Positions 41,901 to 52,581 are shown, numbered from the stretch's first letter. The stretch: 64,000 nucleotides of DNA from Calditrichia bacterium (GCA_050633245.1 JBOEGD010000011.1:32001-96000); one strand, 5' to 3'. Numbers and translations are program-made. The notes: generated from the sequence alone by a model not told the origin.

Positions 41901-43223
41901 CAACAAGGCGGTATAATTGAGGTGCTTGTTGCGCCTGTAAACTGTCGACCGAAATCGAATACTGTTAAAAATATGCAGAGGAAAGATACTTCATCTGCCG
42001 GTTGTGCAGTGTGCCTCAACGGTCATTCTGTAGATAGAGAACGCATGAATATGGAGCGGGCGCAGTGTGTTGAGGTGACAATTCGCGATACCGGCGAGGG
42101 TATATCGAGTATAAGTCTGCCTTATATTTTTGATCGTTTTTACCAGGCCAACAGTTCCAGTCGCCGAATTCACGGAGGAACGGGGATCGGCTTGGCGCTT
42201 GCTAAGGAACTGATTGAGTTACATTACGGAAGTATTGTCGTTGAAAGCACGGAAGGTGTCGGGTCCGCATTCAAAATAATCCTGCCGCTTGGGAAAGGGC
42301 ATCTGAAACACGAGCAGTTTGCGGAAGTTCTCCCGAAAAAAGTTACTAAATTAGCAGATAATGCAAATAAAAATATCCGACTGCAGGAGCGACAATCGAG
42401 TTCTGCCAACAATGGTGAGCTAGAGCGACAAAATGCACGATTTAATAAAAATGGCAGCAGCCCTCAAATTCTGATCGTCGAAGATAATCACGATGTGCGT
42501 GCTTATATCCGTGAACAGCTTGAAAAAAACTATGGCATTTTGGAAGCTGAAGACGGTCGGGCCGGCCTCGAACTGGCGCTTAAGGCAATGCCGGACTTGA
42601 TAATCAGCGACGTAATGATGCCGAAGATGGACGGATACGCTCTATGCCGTAACCTGAAATCTGATCCTCGAACCAGCCATATTCCGATTGTGCTATTAAC
42701 TGCAAAAGCGGGAGATGAAGAAACGGTGGCCGGTTTTGAAACCGGTGCCGATGCCTATGTCCTGAAGCCCTTCCGCCATAAAGAGCTGGTTCTTCAGGTG
42801 CGCAACATGATTCAGGTTCGCCAGGCGATGCGCCGACGTTTTCGTTCAGTAACAATTATTAAGCCTGACGAAGTGGCTACCAACTCTGTTGATCTTGGTT
42901 TTCTTGAACAGGTCGTGGCAGCTATCGAAGCCAACATTGATAAGGAGCAGTATAACGTCGAGGCGTTGGCAGGGCAGGTAGCGCTAAGCGTTTCCCAGCT
43001 CAATCGCAAACTTAAAGCGCTTACCGGGCAGCCTGCCGGGCAAATGCTGCGACGCATGCGCCTGCAGCGTGGTGCTGAGTTGCTCATAGAGAAGACAGAC
43101 CGTACCGTTGCGGAAGTTTGTTACGCGGTTGGATTTAGCGACCAGGCTAACTTTACACGTAGCTTCAAAAAGCTTTTTGGCAGTTCTCCATCAGAGTATC
43201 GAAAGAGCAGAAAAACCTCCTGA
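38982..43223 (+). CDS. Hybrid two-component system (propeller + Y_Y_Y + HisKA + HATPase + REC + AraC)
   Basis: FFANISHEFRTPLTLI, NLLSNALKF, DTGEGI, GTGIGLAL, ISDVMMPKMDG, AraC HTH VGFSDQANFTRSFKK. The exact start is uncertain. Confidence 0.93.
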   Translation: MKISCLAICNVRGTSWLMLLQALLYSFHFSFGGNFVFAQTIVQESDNRGREAGVPFITTFDAKVYGGDQQNWDIIQDERGIMYVANQFCLLEYDAVEWRQIYPGSKMSVRSLAKDSSGRIWLGAAKDFGYLAADSTGSLQLQSQLELLPEELRVTEQRWSVAVTSEDIYFYTENLILRWSDNAEIVAIQYPVGGIDKAFVIADQLYLRQPGLGLHRLEGDSLVSIPGGEQFADIKALFVLPHPQSNVNPATKQFLVGTPRNGLFEYDGVNFRRFQTEADAYLAENDLICGVVLPNGDFVFGTRHGGIVSTDHLGELLLIRNKENGLPNNTVYNLYSDREGGLWLALNKGLAKIELNSPLTGYDMTPSLKSGVTGMVRHRGKLYVSTAEGVFWLEPGQSGALPKFMPVEGKENLCGVLLSVESQLFVVSVSGLYVIEDYRARMFYPRDKVHILWVYRSRFDSSRVYLGLRGGLAWMQKIDGKWTFSDPIPRISEIVEGIAEESANVLWLTTRYGTATRVSAPFARKPFHADSGEIVIEKFNETHGLGKSWVEGTLIRDKLLFVTHNGLRRFDQDSRTFLPEPIFNGLFTDSSRVLSGKFFDLDNRGRLWTARSGSEIGMAAIGEDGKYKWNPEPFHRIEDFGEVWIFYIDEKVPGVYWFGGADGVMRYDDSIAKNYSTRYPALIRRLIVNGDSILYDGAEIDGSDGIKSLTLSYEDNTIRLDFAAPYFDKNESNEYQFFLEGFDSDWSHWTHETMVDYRQLPEGRYTFHVRARNVYKQDGQETQFRFEIQPPWYRSWWSYMLYACLLLGFFYFLRRYEMSRQRFKYQAELEKVESEKLKELDTIKSDFFANISHEFRTPLTLILGPAEQLVEENNGSVQKKANLIRRNAQRLLQLTNQIQDLSKLESGGLPLKVRQGDFVAFLKGLTMSFESLAANKQIDLRFDSNNPQSVNYFDQDKIEKIFSNLLSNALKFTQQGGIIEVLVAPVNCRPKSNTVKNMQRKDTSSAGCAVCLNGHSVDRERMNMERAQCVEVTIRDTGEGISSISLPYIFDRFYQANSSSRRIHGGTGIGLALAKELIELHYGSIVVESTEGVGSAFKIILPLGKGHLKHEQFAEVLPKKVTKLADNANKNIRLQERQSSSANNGELERQNARFNKNGSSPQILIVEDNHDVRAYIREQLEKNYGILEAEDGRAGLELALKAMPDLIISDVMMPKMDGYALCRNLKSDPRTSHIPIVLLTAKAGDEETVAGFETGADAYVLKPFRHKELVLQVRNMIQVRQAMRRRFRSVTIIKPDEVATNSVDLGFLEQVVAAIEANIDKEQYNVEALAGQVALSVSQLNRKLKALTGQPAGQMLRRMRLQRGAELLIEKTDRTVAEVCYAVGFSDQANFTRSFKKLFGSSPSEYRKSRKTS

Positions 43224-43274
43224 TCTTGCCTGTAATCTTATAACCTGCAAGAATAATAGTTCCTACCCGCAAAA

Positions 43275-43312
43275 TGCGCAAAAATGACCAGCTTTTGCGC
43301 AGAATCGCCAAG
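43275..43312 (+). promoter_or_regulatory. Candidate AraC-type operator (21-bp-spaced direct repeats)
   Basis: TGCGCAAAAATGACCAG (43275) and TGCGCAGAATCGCCAAG (43296), 12/17 identical, between the HTCS and the next gene. Confidence 0.55.
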
Positions 43313-43531
43313 ATTTTGCCTGGAGTAATTGCTTATTCTATGGCTGAAAGCAGAGAGCCAGGTGGCGATAAGGTTTACGAAGCCCATCTTGTCTCTGCTG
43401 TTCGGGATGATTTTCAACTTCATACATTTTGCATTATTCGGGTGCCTCTCTGGGATGGGGCATCCTCAACTCATGGCGCTTGGGGGATACCTTCGCCACA
43501 TCTATTCATCGTTCCATGAAAGGAATGATCT

Positions 43532-45784
43532 ATGAAACAATTCATACGAATTTGGATGCTTTTATGTTTTATGTTAGCCTGCCTTGCCGGCTCTGCCTTT
43601 GCGCAGAATCTCGACAATCAAGGCAAAGAGTTTTTCATGGCTTTTTTGCCAAATCTATTGACACCAACAATTGAAATACATTTAACCAGTAGTTCTACAA
43701 CAAATGTAACGGTTGAATATCCGGCAAACGCCCCGACATTTAGCTCGACTGTTTCTGTTGCACCGGGTGCAATTACCATTGTTACGCTTCCGAATACCGC
43801 TAGTCAATCCTGGTCACCCGGTATAGTACAAAACAATTTGGTACGGGCTTTTTCAAGTGAAGAGTTTGTCGCATACATGATTAATGTTTCGGGGTTTACT
43901 TCTGATGCTGCATTAGCATTACCGACGGATACCTACAACACCGAGTTTTTTATCAATACGTATGATGTTGCTAATCATGGTTCCGATGCCAGTGAATTTG
44001 CTCTTGTTGCTGCTTTTGATAACACAACCGTAACTGTCACACCTAAATCTACTCTTGTTGGTGGCTTTGTTGCTAACACACCGTTCGATATTACGCTTAA
44101 TAAGGGACAGGGTTTTCTGGGACAGGCATTTACGAGAGGACCAGCAGGAGACTTGACCGGCTCACTTGTCACTTCTGATAGACCTATATCTGTAACCAAT
44201 GGTAACCGATGTACGAATATTCCCTCAAATGTGTTTGCCTGCGATCATATTTTTGAAGTTGCACAGCCAACCCAAACTTGGGGGAAAAGAGTTATGGTTA
44301 GAGACTTTCCTCATACTCCGAATGGCGCAGTCTATCGTATTCTGGCGTCTGTAAACAACACCTCTGTTTTACAGAATGGAACTCTTGTTGCAACATTAAA
44401 CCGCGGAGAATCTTATGATACGGGACAGCTACCCGGAACTCATGAATTCTCTTCCAATAATGCTATTTTTGTAACGCAATATATGCCAGGAATTTCAGCT
44501 AATAATACCACTGGCGACCCGGCAATGGGGAACATGGTTCCAACAGAGCAATATCAGGATGAGTTTACATTCTCAACTGTCGGTGGCACTCAGTTTTCAC
44601 AACATGGGCTTAATATAATTGCCGAGAATGGTGACGTTGGAGTTTTGACGCTTGATGGTGTTGTCATTCCAGCCAGCGAATACACAGCTATTGGAACAAC
44701 GGGATATTCAAGTGCAAGTGTGACATTAACGGAAGGCACGCACACAACAACCTCTCCCGGAGGGCATAGCATTACGGTATATGGAACCAATAATGCTGAT
44801 TCTTATCTCTACCCAGCCGGTGGTTTTGCCAATTTTATCAATCCGGTTGGAGATCCATATCTTCCGGTATGTTCTATCGATATCAGTAGTAATAGCGCAA
44901 CAGGCAGTGCGACCGACAATACGCCATCTGAAGATTTGAACGGTAACCACGAGCTTGATGCCGGTGAAGATACAAACAACAATGGAGTCATTGATAAGGA
45001 CACTGGAATCTTTCTTGTTGAGCTACGAGATGGTAGTGAGAATGTAGAGTTAGTCGTAACTCCCTTTGAACCAGGTGATGGCAGCGTTAGCTATACCGTA
45101 AACCAAATAGATCCTTTATTACCGGGAAGCGGCACTATCCGCGTTATAGACGGAGCCGGTAATTTTTGTGAAGAGCCGGTTGAATTCAGTGGTGAGCCGG
45201 TTGTAACAGACGATACAGATCCGCTCTGCGAAATCATCGGTGTCGATCCCGGACCGCCGGTAGTGCTGTCCGTAATGCTGCAGGATACCGAGAGCGGTAT
45301 CTCCCATGTAAACGTGCTGCGTGATAAGAACGCCGACGTTGTGGTGCCGTCCTTCACACCGGGAACCAATGAAGCCATCGTGGTTACCGCAACAAAGATC
45401 AATCCGAACAAAGGCTCCAATGTGGTTTTGGAAGTCTTCGACATGCAGGGCAACAGCACCATTTGTGATCCGGTGTATACGACGCTGTCTACCATTGCTC
45501 CGCAGGACTTCCAGCTTGAGCAAAACTATCCAAACCCGTTCAACCCGACCACAACCATTCGCTTTGGTGTTGCTGCAGAGCAGACCTTTGTTTCGCTTAA
45601 GGTGTATGACATTAGTGGACGCGAGGTGCGCACGTTGATCAACGAGCAGGTGAGTGCCGGTCAGTTCGCCATTGAGTGGGATGGTAAGAATAACAGCGGA
45701 CAAGAAGTCGCCGGTGGGATATATCTCTACCGTCTGACGGCAGGAAACTTTGTTCAGACCCGCAAGATGACCTTTTTGAAATAA
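43532..45784 (+). CDS. Secreted IgGFc-binding-domain protein with FlgD-Ig/T9SS-like C-terminal sorting domain
   Basis: DNQGKEFFMAFLPN, SDAALALP, DLTGSLVTSDRPI, CDHIFE, GDPAM; C-terminal LEQNYPNPFNP...WDGKN..G.EVAGGIYLY. Confidence 0.85.
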   Translation: MKQFIRIWMLLCFMLACLAGSAFAQNLDNQGKEFFMAFLPNLLTPTIEIHLTSSSTTNVTVEYPANAPTFSSTVSVAPGAITIVTLPNTASQSWSPGIVQNNLVRAFSSEEFVAYMINVSGFTSDAALALPTDTYNTEFFINTYDVANHGSDASEFALVAAFDNTTVTVTPKSTLVGGFVANTPFDITLNKGQGFLGQAFTRGPAGDLTGSLVTSDRPISVTNGNRCTNIPSNVFACDHIFEVAQPTQTWGKRVMVRDFPHTPNGAVYRILASVNNTSVLQNGTLVATLNRGESYDTGQLPGTHEFSSNNAIFVTQYMPGISANNTTGDPAMGNMVPTEQYQDEFTFSTVGGTQFSQHGLNIIAENGDVGVLTLDGVVIPASEYTAIGTTGYSSASVTLTEGTHTTTSPGGHSITVYGTNNADSYLYPAGGFANFINPVGDPYLPVCSIDISSNSATGSATDNTPSEDLNGNHELDAGEDTNNNGVIDKDTGIFLVELRDGSENVELVVTPFEPGDGSVSYTVNQIDPLLPGSGTIRVIDGAGNFCEEPVEFSGEPVVTDDTDPLCEIIGVDPGPPVVLSVMLQDTESGISHVNVLRDKNADVVVPSFTPGTNEAIVVTATKINPNKGSNVVLEVFDMQGNSTICDPVYTTLSTIAPQDFQLEQNYPNPFNPTTTIRFGVAAEQTFVSLKVYDISGREVRTLINEQVSAGQFAIEWDGKNNSGQEVAGGIYLYRLTAGNFVQTRKMTFLK

Positions 45785-45792
45785 GCTATATT

Positions 45793-45892
45793 AGACTGGA
45801 GCAGTTTTCAAAACTGCTCCAGTCTTTCTACAAAACTGCTCCAGTCTTTCTACAAAACTGCTCCAGTCTTTCTACAAAACTGCTCCAGTCTT
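45793..45892. repeat. Palindromic element with 22-bp tandem expansion of its right arm
   Basis: AGACTGGAGCAGTTTT-C-AAAACTGCTCCAGTCT; the unit CAAAACTGCTCCAGTCTTTCTA occurs three times plus an 18-bp partial (45809-45892). Confidence 0.9.
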
Positions 45893-45916
45893 ATCTTTTA
45901 ATACTGTGAAGCATAG

Positions 45917-45954
45917 AATGGCCCGACTCTTGGGGGAGACGGGCCATTTCTTTT
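45917..45954 (+). terminator. Intrinsic terminator
   Basis: AATGGCCCG...CGGGCCATT followed by TCTTTT. Confidence 0.55.
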
Positions 45955-46059
45955 ACAACCAATATATAGGCAGAAAATAGCGACTTCAGAATAGCATGGA
46001 AGTGCTGTTGATGCAGATATCGATTTCTGGGTGGACGCTCAAATAAGGCCATACATCAG

Positions 46060-46731
46060 CTAGGGCGAATCACTTTGAACAAAAAATTGGTGCTCATGTT
46101 CTATTAACTTTCCTGCTTTTAATCCTCTCTCAATAAATTTGGTAAAATGAAGCTGAGCATCTTGTAATAACATTGTGCCTTTCAATTTCTGGTCGAGTAT
46201 GCCATTGGCCTTTCTATCCTGAAATGTATTAATACTATGTCGGGTAACAATTCGTTTGTCCACAATAGTGAATTCATTGAAGATTTCACCGCTTTCCAGA
46301 GAAAAAGTCACAATCTCAAGATCAAATAAAATAGAATACTCGCGATAATAATCAGCCCGCCTTTCGATTTGTATAAGCTTGTTCTCTTTTATCAACCTAT
46401 CGAGACAATAGTCGTATATATCCTGAGCTTTGGTCAATTCGATACTGCCCAATTGAATTTGGTCTATGATGCGATCTTGATCCAGATCCACGGCCAGGAA
46501 CGATCTTCCGATCAACTCGTTTCGAGATTCTTCTTCTACGGATGATATAATGGTGCGAATGCGGTATTTTTCGCCATTGTAGACAAAATGGTGCATGCCG
46601 GCCCGCTTAATTTGTTTGGAGCTTGAGCAGGAAAAGGAAAAGGATGTGAAAATGAATGCTAAAGAGAGAACTATGGGGGGCCACTTAAAGAGTTGAAGAA
46701 CTCTTCGGAAAATGTGCCTGGCAGGTTTCAT
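46060..46731 (-). CDS. Hypothetical protein, probable lipoprotein
   Basis: 223-aa ORF, hydrophobic leader ending FSFSC-SSS; no family recognised. Confidence 0.6.
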   Translation of the reverse strand: MKPARHIFRRVLQLFKWPPIVLSLAFIFTSFSFSCSSSKQIKRAGMHHFVYNGEKYRIRTIISSVEEESRNELIGRSFLAVDLDQDRIIDQIQLGSIELTKAQDIYDYCLDRLIKENKLIQIERRADYYREYSILFDLEIVTFSLESGEIFNEFTIVDKRIVTRHSINTFQDRKANGILDQKLKGTMLLQDAQLHFTKFIERGLKAGKLIEHEHQFFVQSDSP

Positions 46732-46986
46732 TCTCTATCCCGGGATATGGGTTATGGAATCGTCTCTGCAAAATTATGGGCTTCTTTAGGTAATATATCA
46801 GTAAAATGGGAAAAGAACAGTCGTGTTGTGAAATGTTTTTTACTACTGAAAACCAACGCTAATTATATCATTCTTTTGCTATCTAAAATTATATTTGTAG
46901 ATCCATCCGAAGGATTCTAAAGACTGCCTTGCCGCAAGTGCAGCAAGGCATATAAGTTTCAGAATAGTGTTCTTTGCAGATAGAAG

Positions 46987-47355
46987 TTACCCCATATCGT
47001 AAAAAAACTCTTCTTTTACAATTTTACCATCTTTAACGGTATAAAGACCAACTTCGCTCATTTGCCAGCGCTGACCACTTTCTTTGACAGTCACCTCGAT
47101 CTCGAAGCCTACAATAAAGCGATCACCATGTGGCCAGGGGCCTGTCATTTCCATTGAGTGAACCTCATGGCTATTAATCCACCATTCATTTTTTCCTTTT
47201 ACGGCTTCTTTGCCGTGAACTTCGCGCTCGACGCCTGGTGCTGCAACAGCTTCTATGCTGACAACATCATCAGAGAAAAGCGTTTCGATGGCTTCGATGC
47301 CCTTCCCTTCCTTACATAAAGCTACCATTTTGTTTGCAATGTCCATGGTACTCAT
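46987..47355 (-). CDS. SnoaL-like/NTF2-fold protein
   Basis: AAAGGAG SD before ATG 47355; LFSDDVVSIE...GKEAV..K..WW...EVGLYTVKDGKIVKEEFFY. Confidence 0.82.
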   Translation of the reverse strand: MSTMDIANKMVALCKEGKGIEAIETLFSDDVVSIEAVAAPGVEREVHGKEAVKGKNEWWINSHEVHSMEMTGPWPHGDRFIVGFEIEVTVKESGQRWQMSEVGLYTVKDGKIVKEEFFYDMG

Positions 47356-47469
47356 ATGCACTCCTTTTTTTATATGAATAGAATGTGAATTTGGGGAATT
47401 CAAACTAGTCTGATTAGATAGAGAATGCAAATAATTTATAGCGGAAGATTGCAAAAAAAGTTTCGGGAG

Positions 47470-47520
47470 AGTGGAGCAGTTTAAAGCAAAGTGGAGCAGT
47501 TTTTAAAACTGCTCCACTTT
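47470..47520. repeat. Second copy of the TGGAGCAGTTTT-N-AAAACTGCTCCA palindromic element
   Basis: AAAGTGGAGCAGTTTT-T-AAAACTGCTCCACTTT (47488-47520) preceded by an extra left arm AGTGGAGCAGTTT; lies just downstream of katG. Confidence 0.85.
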
Positions 47521-47532
47521 AAATCTATCTCA

Positions 47533-49737
<2,205 letters not shown>

Positions 49738-49785
49738 TCATGATTTTACCTAAACCAATATAAGAACTATACGATTGCCTGTCTA

Positions 49786-49821
49786 ATAGGAATATCTGAT
49801 TAAGCGATAGATTTAATTGAT
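49786..49821. promoter_or_regulatory. Candidate OxyR/LysR-type operator upstream of katG
   Basis: ATAG-N7-TGAT-N6-ATAG-N7-TGAT, containing two T-N11-A boxes; close to the OxyR consensus ATAG-N7-CTAT-N7-ATAG-N7-CTAT. Confidence 0.55.
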
Positions 49822-49865
49822 ATTAGCAGAAAAACAGAAGGTTATGGAGTGGCTGTCTTTATCGT

Positions 49866-50047
49866 TTATATCAAACCAGTGAATTGCAACGCCATTTTAA
49901 TTAACCCGACCAGAATGAGGACTATCGCGATATAGAATACTTTCTTGCTCTTTAATGCTTCATTTGCTCCTGCTTTATTTAAAAATAAAATTACAATGCC
50001 AGTTATTAGTGGAATCAGAGTATCAATTAGTGCAGCATAATGACCAT
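49866..50047 (-). pseudogene. Frameshifted small two-TM protein gene (paralog A)
   Basis: GGGAG SD + ATG 50047 stops after 6 codons; the shifted frame reads YAALIDTLIPLITGIVILFLNK...KKVFYIAIVLILVGLIKMALQFTGLI*. One extra base restores a 60-aa ORF. Confidence 0.55.
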
Positions 50048-50149
50048 GTCTTTAACTCCCGATTTTTGTTGTCTTCGGTGTCCATTATCTCAATATAGTT
50101 AGATTACACCAACCTAACCGAAATCCCTCGGGCCTATGTCTTCTAAAAG

Positions 50150-51478
50150 CTATCGAACCAGGACCATTTTGCGACTTTGGTCAAAGCTGGCGGATTGTAG
50201 TCGATAGAAATAAATGCCACCAGAGGCTTGAACGCCGAACTCGTCTTCCCCATCCCACTCAACACTGTAACTACCCGTTTCTTGCTGGTCATTGAGAAGA
50301 GTTTTGACTTGTCTGCCTAAAATATCGTAAATAGTCAGACTGAAATGAGCGGGTAATTTTACATAAAAACGAATTTGTGTCGATGGATTAAATGGATTCG
50401 GATAATTGGAATATAGTTCCGCAGCTTTTGGCAGTAGGGGAGAGGGGGAGTCAATAGAGGTCGACTGTTGAAATGTTTCCCAGTGTTTTACGAGAGATCG
50501 ACTGGCATGCAGGTCTGCAAAGCCAAAATTGTGCTCAGCAAATGGTGCCAGAACGACATCGTTAAATGTATTGTGAATACCTCTTGCCGCCAAGCTGTCG
50601 AGAAGTTGAGTATTTCTGGCCAGATTAGTTGTAATATTTGAGTGGCCTGCAGTGATATGAAAACGCATCGATCGCAGGCTGTCCAACGTGGCTGAATCCG
50701 CTTCACTGACTATATTGGTAGCACTATGAAGCAACATGTAATTTACATTCCGAGGAACGCCAAATAATGGGCCGAGTAAATTATCATAATTTGAGTTTAG
50801 CCAGATTGGGTCATCAGGCGCAGCACCCGGAATTTCAGGGGCATCCAGATTATGCCACATAACCGTGCCGTCATAGCTGCCGACAGAGCTAAATATATCC
50901 GGGTTTTTCAAGCCTATAACGGTAGATGAATAACCGCCAAGCGAAAACCCATCAATACCACGATGTGTACGGATTGCAATTGTTCTGAATGTGGAATCAA
51001 TATGGGGTATTAGATCATAAACTATATAGTCTTCAAAACGTCCGGTGCCGATTCCCGCGGCAGATGTGAGTGCAGGACTTAACATATTCACTGCACCCGA
51101 AATTACTCCATTATTACTACCGGTACTGGAGCAAACAAGTATAACATTTCCAATATGACTATTTTGAATCAACGTATCGGTTACACCTGCGAGGGTTAGA
51201 GTACGTCCGGGCATGTTGGGATTAAACCATTCGTATTCATGAAGCCTTAAAAAGTAGACTGTCGGATACGCCTCGGTGCTCGCGTCATAACCGGGCGGCA
51301 AATAGACGTAATAATGTTTTGTCTCTTCTAGAATGGGCGAATAGAAACTGTGCTGCTCGACCCGGCCATTTGTTTGTGCGGCAAGGGTGGACACCAGGAA
51401 CAGCACGCTGCAAAGCAGTTCTGTTATTCTTTTCACGACAAAACTCCCGGTATAAAAACGACTTTTAATAACGGCCAT
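50150..51478 (-). CDS. Secreted alpha/beta-hydrolase esterase (Fes/PF00756-like) with FlgD-Ig/T9SS-like tail
   Basis: YVYLPPGYD...YPTVY, GFSLGG nucleophile elbow; C-terminal NYPNPFNP...WDGED..G.Q.SGGIYFY. The start is ATG 51478 or GTG 51436. Confidence 0.85.
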   Translation of the reverse strand: MAVIKSRFYTGSFVVKRITELLCSVLFLVSTLAAQTNGRVEQHSFYSPILEETKHYYVYLPPGYDASTEAYPTVYFLRLHEYEWFNPNMPGRTLTLAGVTDTLIQNSHIGNVILVCSSTGSNNGVISGAVNMLSPALTSAAGIGTGRFEDYIVYDLIPHIDSTFRTIAIRTHRGIDGFSLGGYSSTVIGLKNPDIFSSVGSYDGTVMWHNLDAPEIPGAAPDDPIWLNSNYDNLLGPLFGVPRNVNYMLLHSATNIVSEADSATLDSLRSMRFHITAGHSNITTNLARNTQLLDSLAARGIHNTFNDVVLAPFAEHNFGFADLHASRSLVKHWETFQQSTSIDSPSPLLPKAAELYSNYPNPFNPSTQIRFYVKLPAHFSLTIYDILGRQVKTLLNDQQETGSYSVEWDGEDEFGVQASGGIYFYRLQSASFDQSRKMVLVR

Positions 51479-51486
51479 TTGTATTT

Positions 51487-52299
51487 CTATTTGAAGAATA
51501 CAGGTAAGACGTGAAGAACAATGTCTACCGAGAAATGAGCGACTATTGCCGCAATTAGGCTCCTTCGCCAATAGCACCAACCATAAAGAAACCCTACCGC
51601 TGTATTCCCCAAAACCGTACCGGTAATAGCAAATGGTGAGCCGGCTCCATAAGAAACAAGCTGCGGCAGATGAGCAGTGCCAAAGCCAATTGATGTGATC
51701 GCGATGACTGACCAGACCAGGACAGGTTGAACTTCTCCTTTGCTAAAGGCCTTCGATGCAATCCACACCAAAACTGTCATCAATCCTAACCTAAACCATA
51801 CTTCTTCTGCAACCGCAGCGCCCACTGAGACCGCAAGGCCACCGAGTATGCCACGGTGTCCGAATGCAGGTAGTTCAGGTGGTAAGTATGGCGTACTGAA
51901 AACTCGAACAAGTAGTAACAGTGCTCCCAGAGCTAACCCGAGGATAGTTGCAAATACCACGTCATTTCGTAGTATCCTCCATGCTGTGGGTTGGTTAGCC
52001 AGGAATTGATCAATAAGTGGAATACCCAAGCCAACTTTGGGTCCAAGCCTAATACCGAGCCAGGTTAATGGTAGGGTAATGGCACATAGAAACAGGAGAC
52101 TGGGAAGAAGGACCGAGCTAAGACTCTGCTCTGCGTTAATTCTGCCAAATGCCAGATTGATGAGTTGTGCCGCTATTGTAAGTACTAGTAGAATCGACAG
52201 TGGTGGAAACATGGAGCGTGCCGGAGTGGCAGGTTGGCGCGATTCAGTCGCTAGGGACTTTCGCGTTTGTCCAGTTTTGGTGCAATCGATTTGCGTCAC
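51487..52299 (-). CDS. CPBP (Abi/CAAX) family intramembrane glutamic endopeptidase
   Basis: AEEVWFR, FGTAH and AHFSVD motifs; multi-TM. The start is uncertain. Confidence 0.85.
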   Translation of the reverse strand: MTQIDCTKTGQTRKSLATESRQPATPARSMFPPLSILLVLTIAAQLINLAFGRINAEQSLSSVLLPSLLFLCAITLPLTWLGIRLGPKVGLGIPLIDQFLANQPTAWRILRNDVVFATILGLALGALLLLVRVFSTPYLPPELPAFGHRGILGGLAVSVGAAVAEEVWFRLGLMTVLVWIASKAFSKGEVQPVLVWSVIAITSIGFGTAHLPQLVSYGAGSPFAITGTVLGNTAVGFLYGWCYWRRSLIAAIVAHFSVDIVLHVLPVFFK

Positions 52300-52323
52300 G
52301 TGTCGTATTCCTAAGGTACAGGA

Positions 52324-52499
52324 TCAATTTATAAAAAGGAGCGCCAGTTTTGTCAGACCAAATACTATGAATCCGATGGCAAGATAAATCCATTTTTTCC
52401 CGCTAAAGGGTTTATTGCCAGCTTTTTGTTTTGATAAAGCAAAAAAACGCCACCCAATAGTGGAATTAAAGCATCAATAGCTATACCATAGTTTATCAT
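52324..52499 (-). pseudogene. Frameshifted small two-TM protein gene (paralog B)
   Basis: ATG 52499 gives MINYGIAIDALIPLLGGVFLLYQNKKLAINPLAGK, then stops after 44 aa; the shifted frame continues KWIYLAIGFIVFGLTKLALLFIN*. One extra A in the A6 run restores 58 aa. Confidence 0.55.
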
Positions 52500-52581
52500 A
52501 CTTTCCCCTGATGCCTACTCTGATCTTTAGCACATTAAAAGCGTTAATGAAATGGTTAAAAGCTGGCAACGAAGCTATGCC

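Noticed and set aside
45119-45703. 194-aa minus-strand ORF
   Set aside because: Antisense shadow of the GC3-rich 3' end of the IgGFc gene; no recognisable motifs.
45809-45892. Possible CRISPR array
   Set aside because: The 22-bp units are directly adjacent with no unique spacers, and there are no cas genes in the window.
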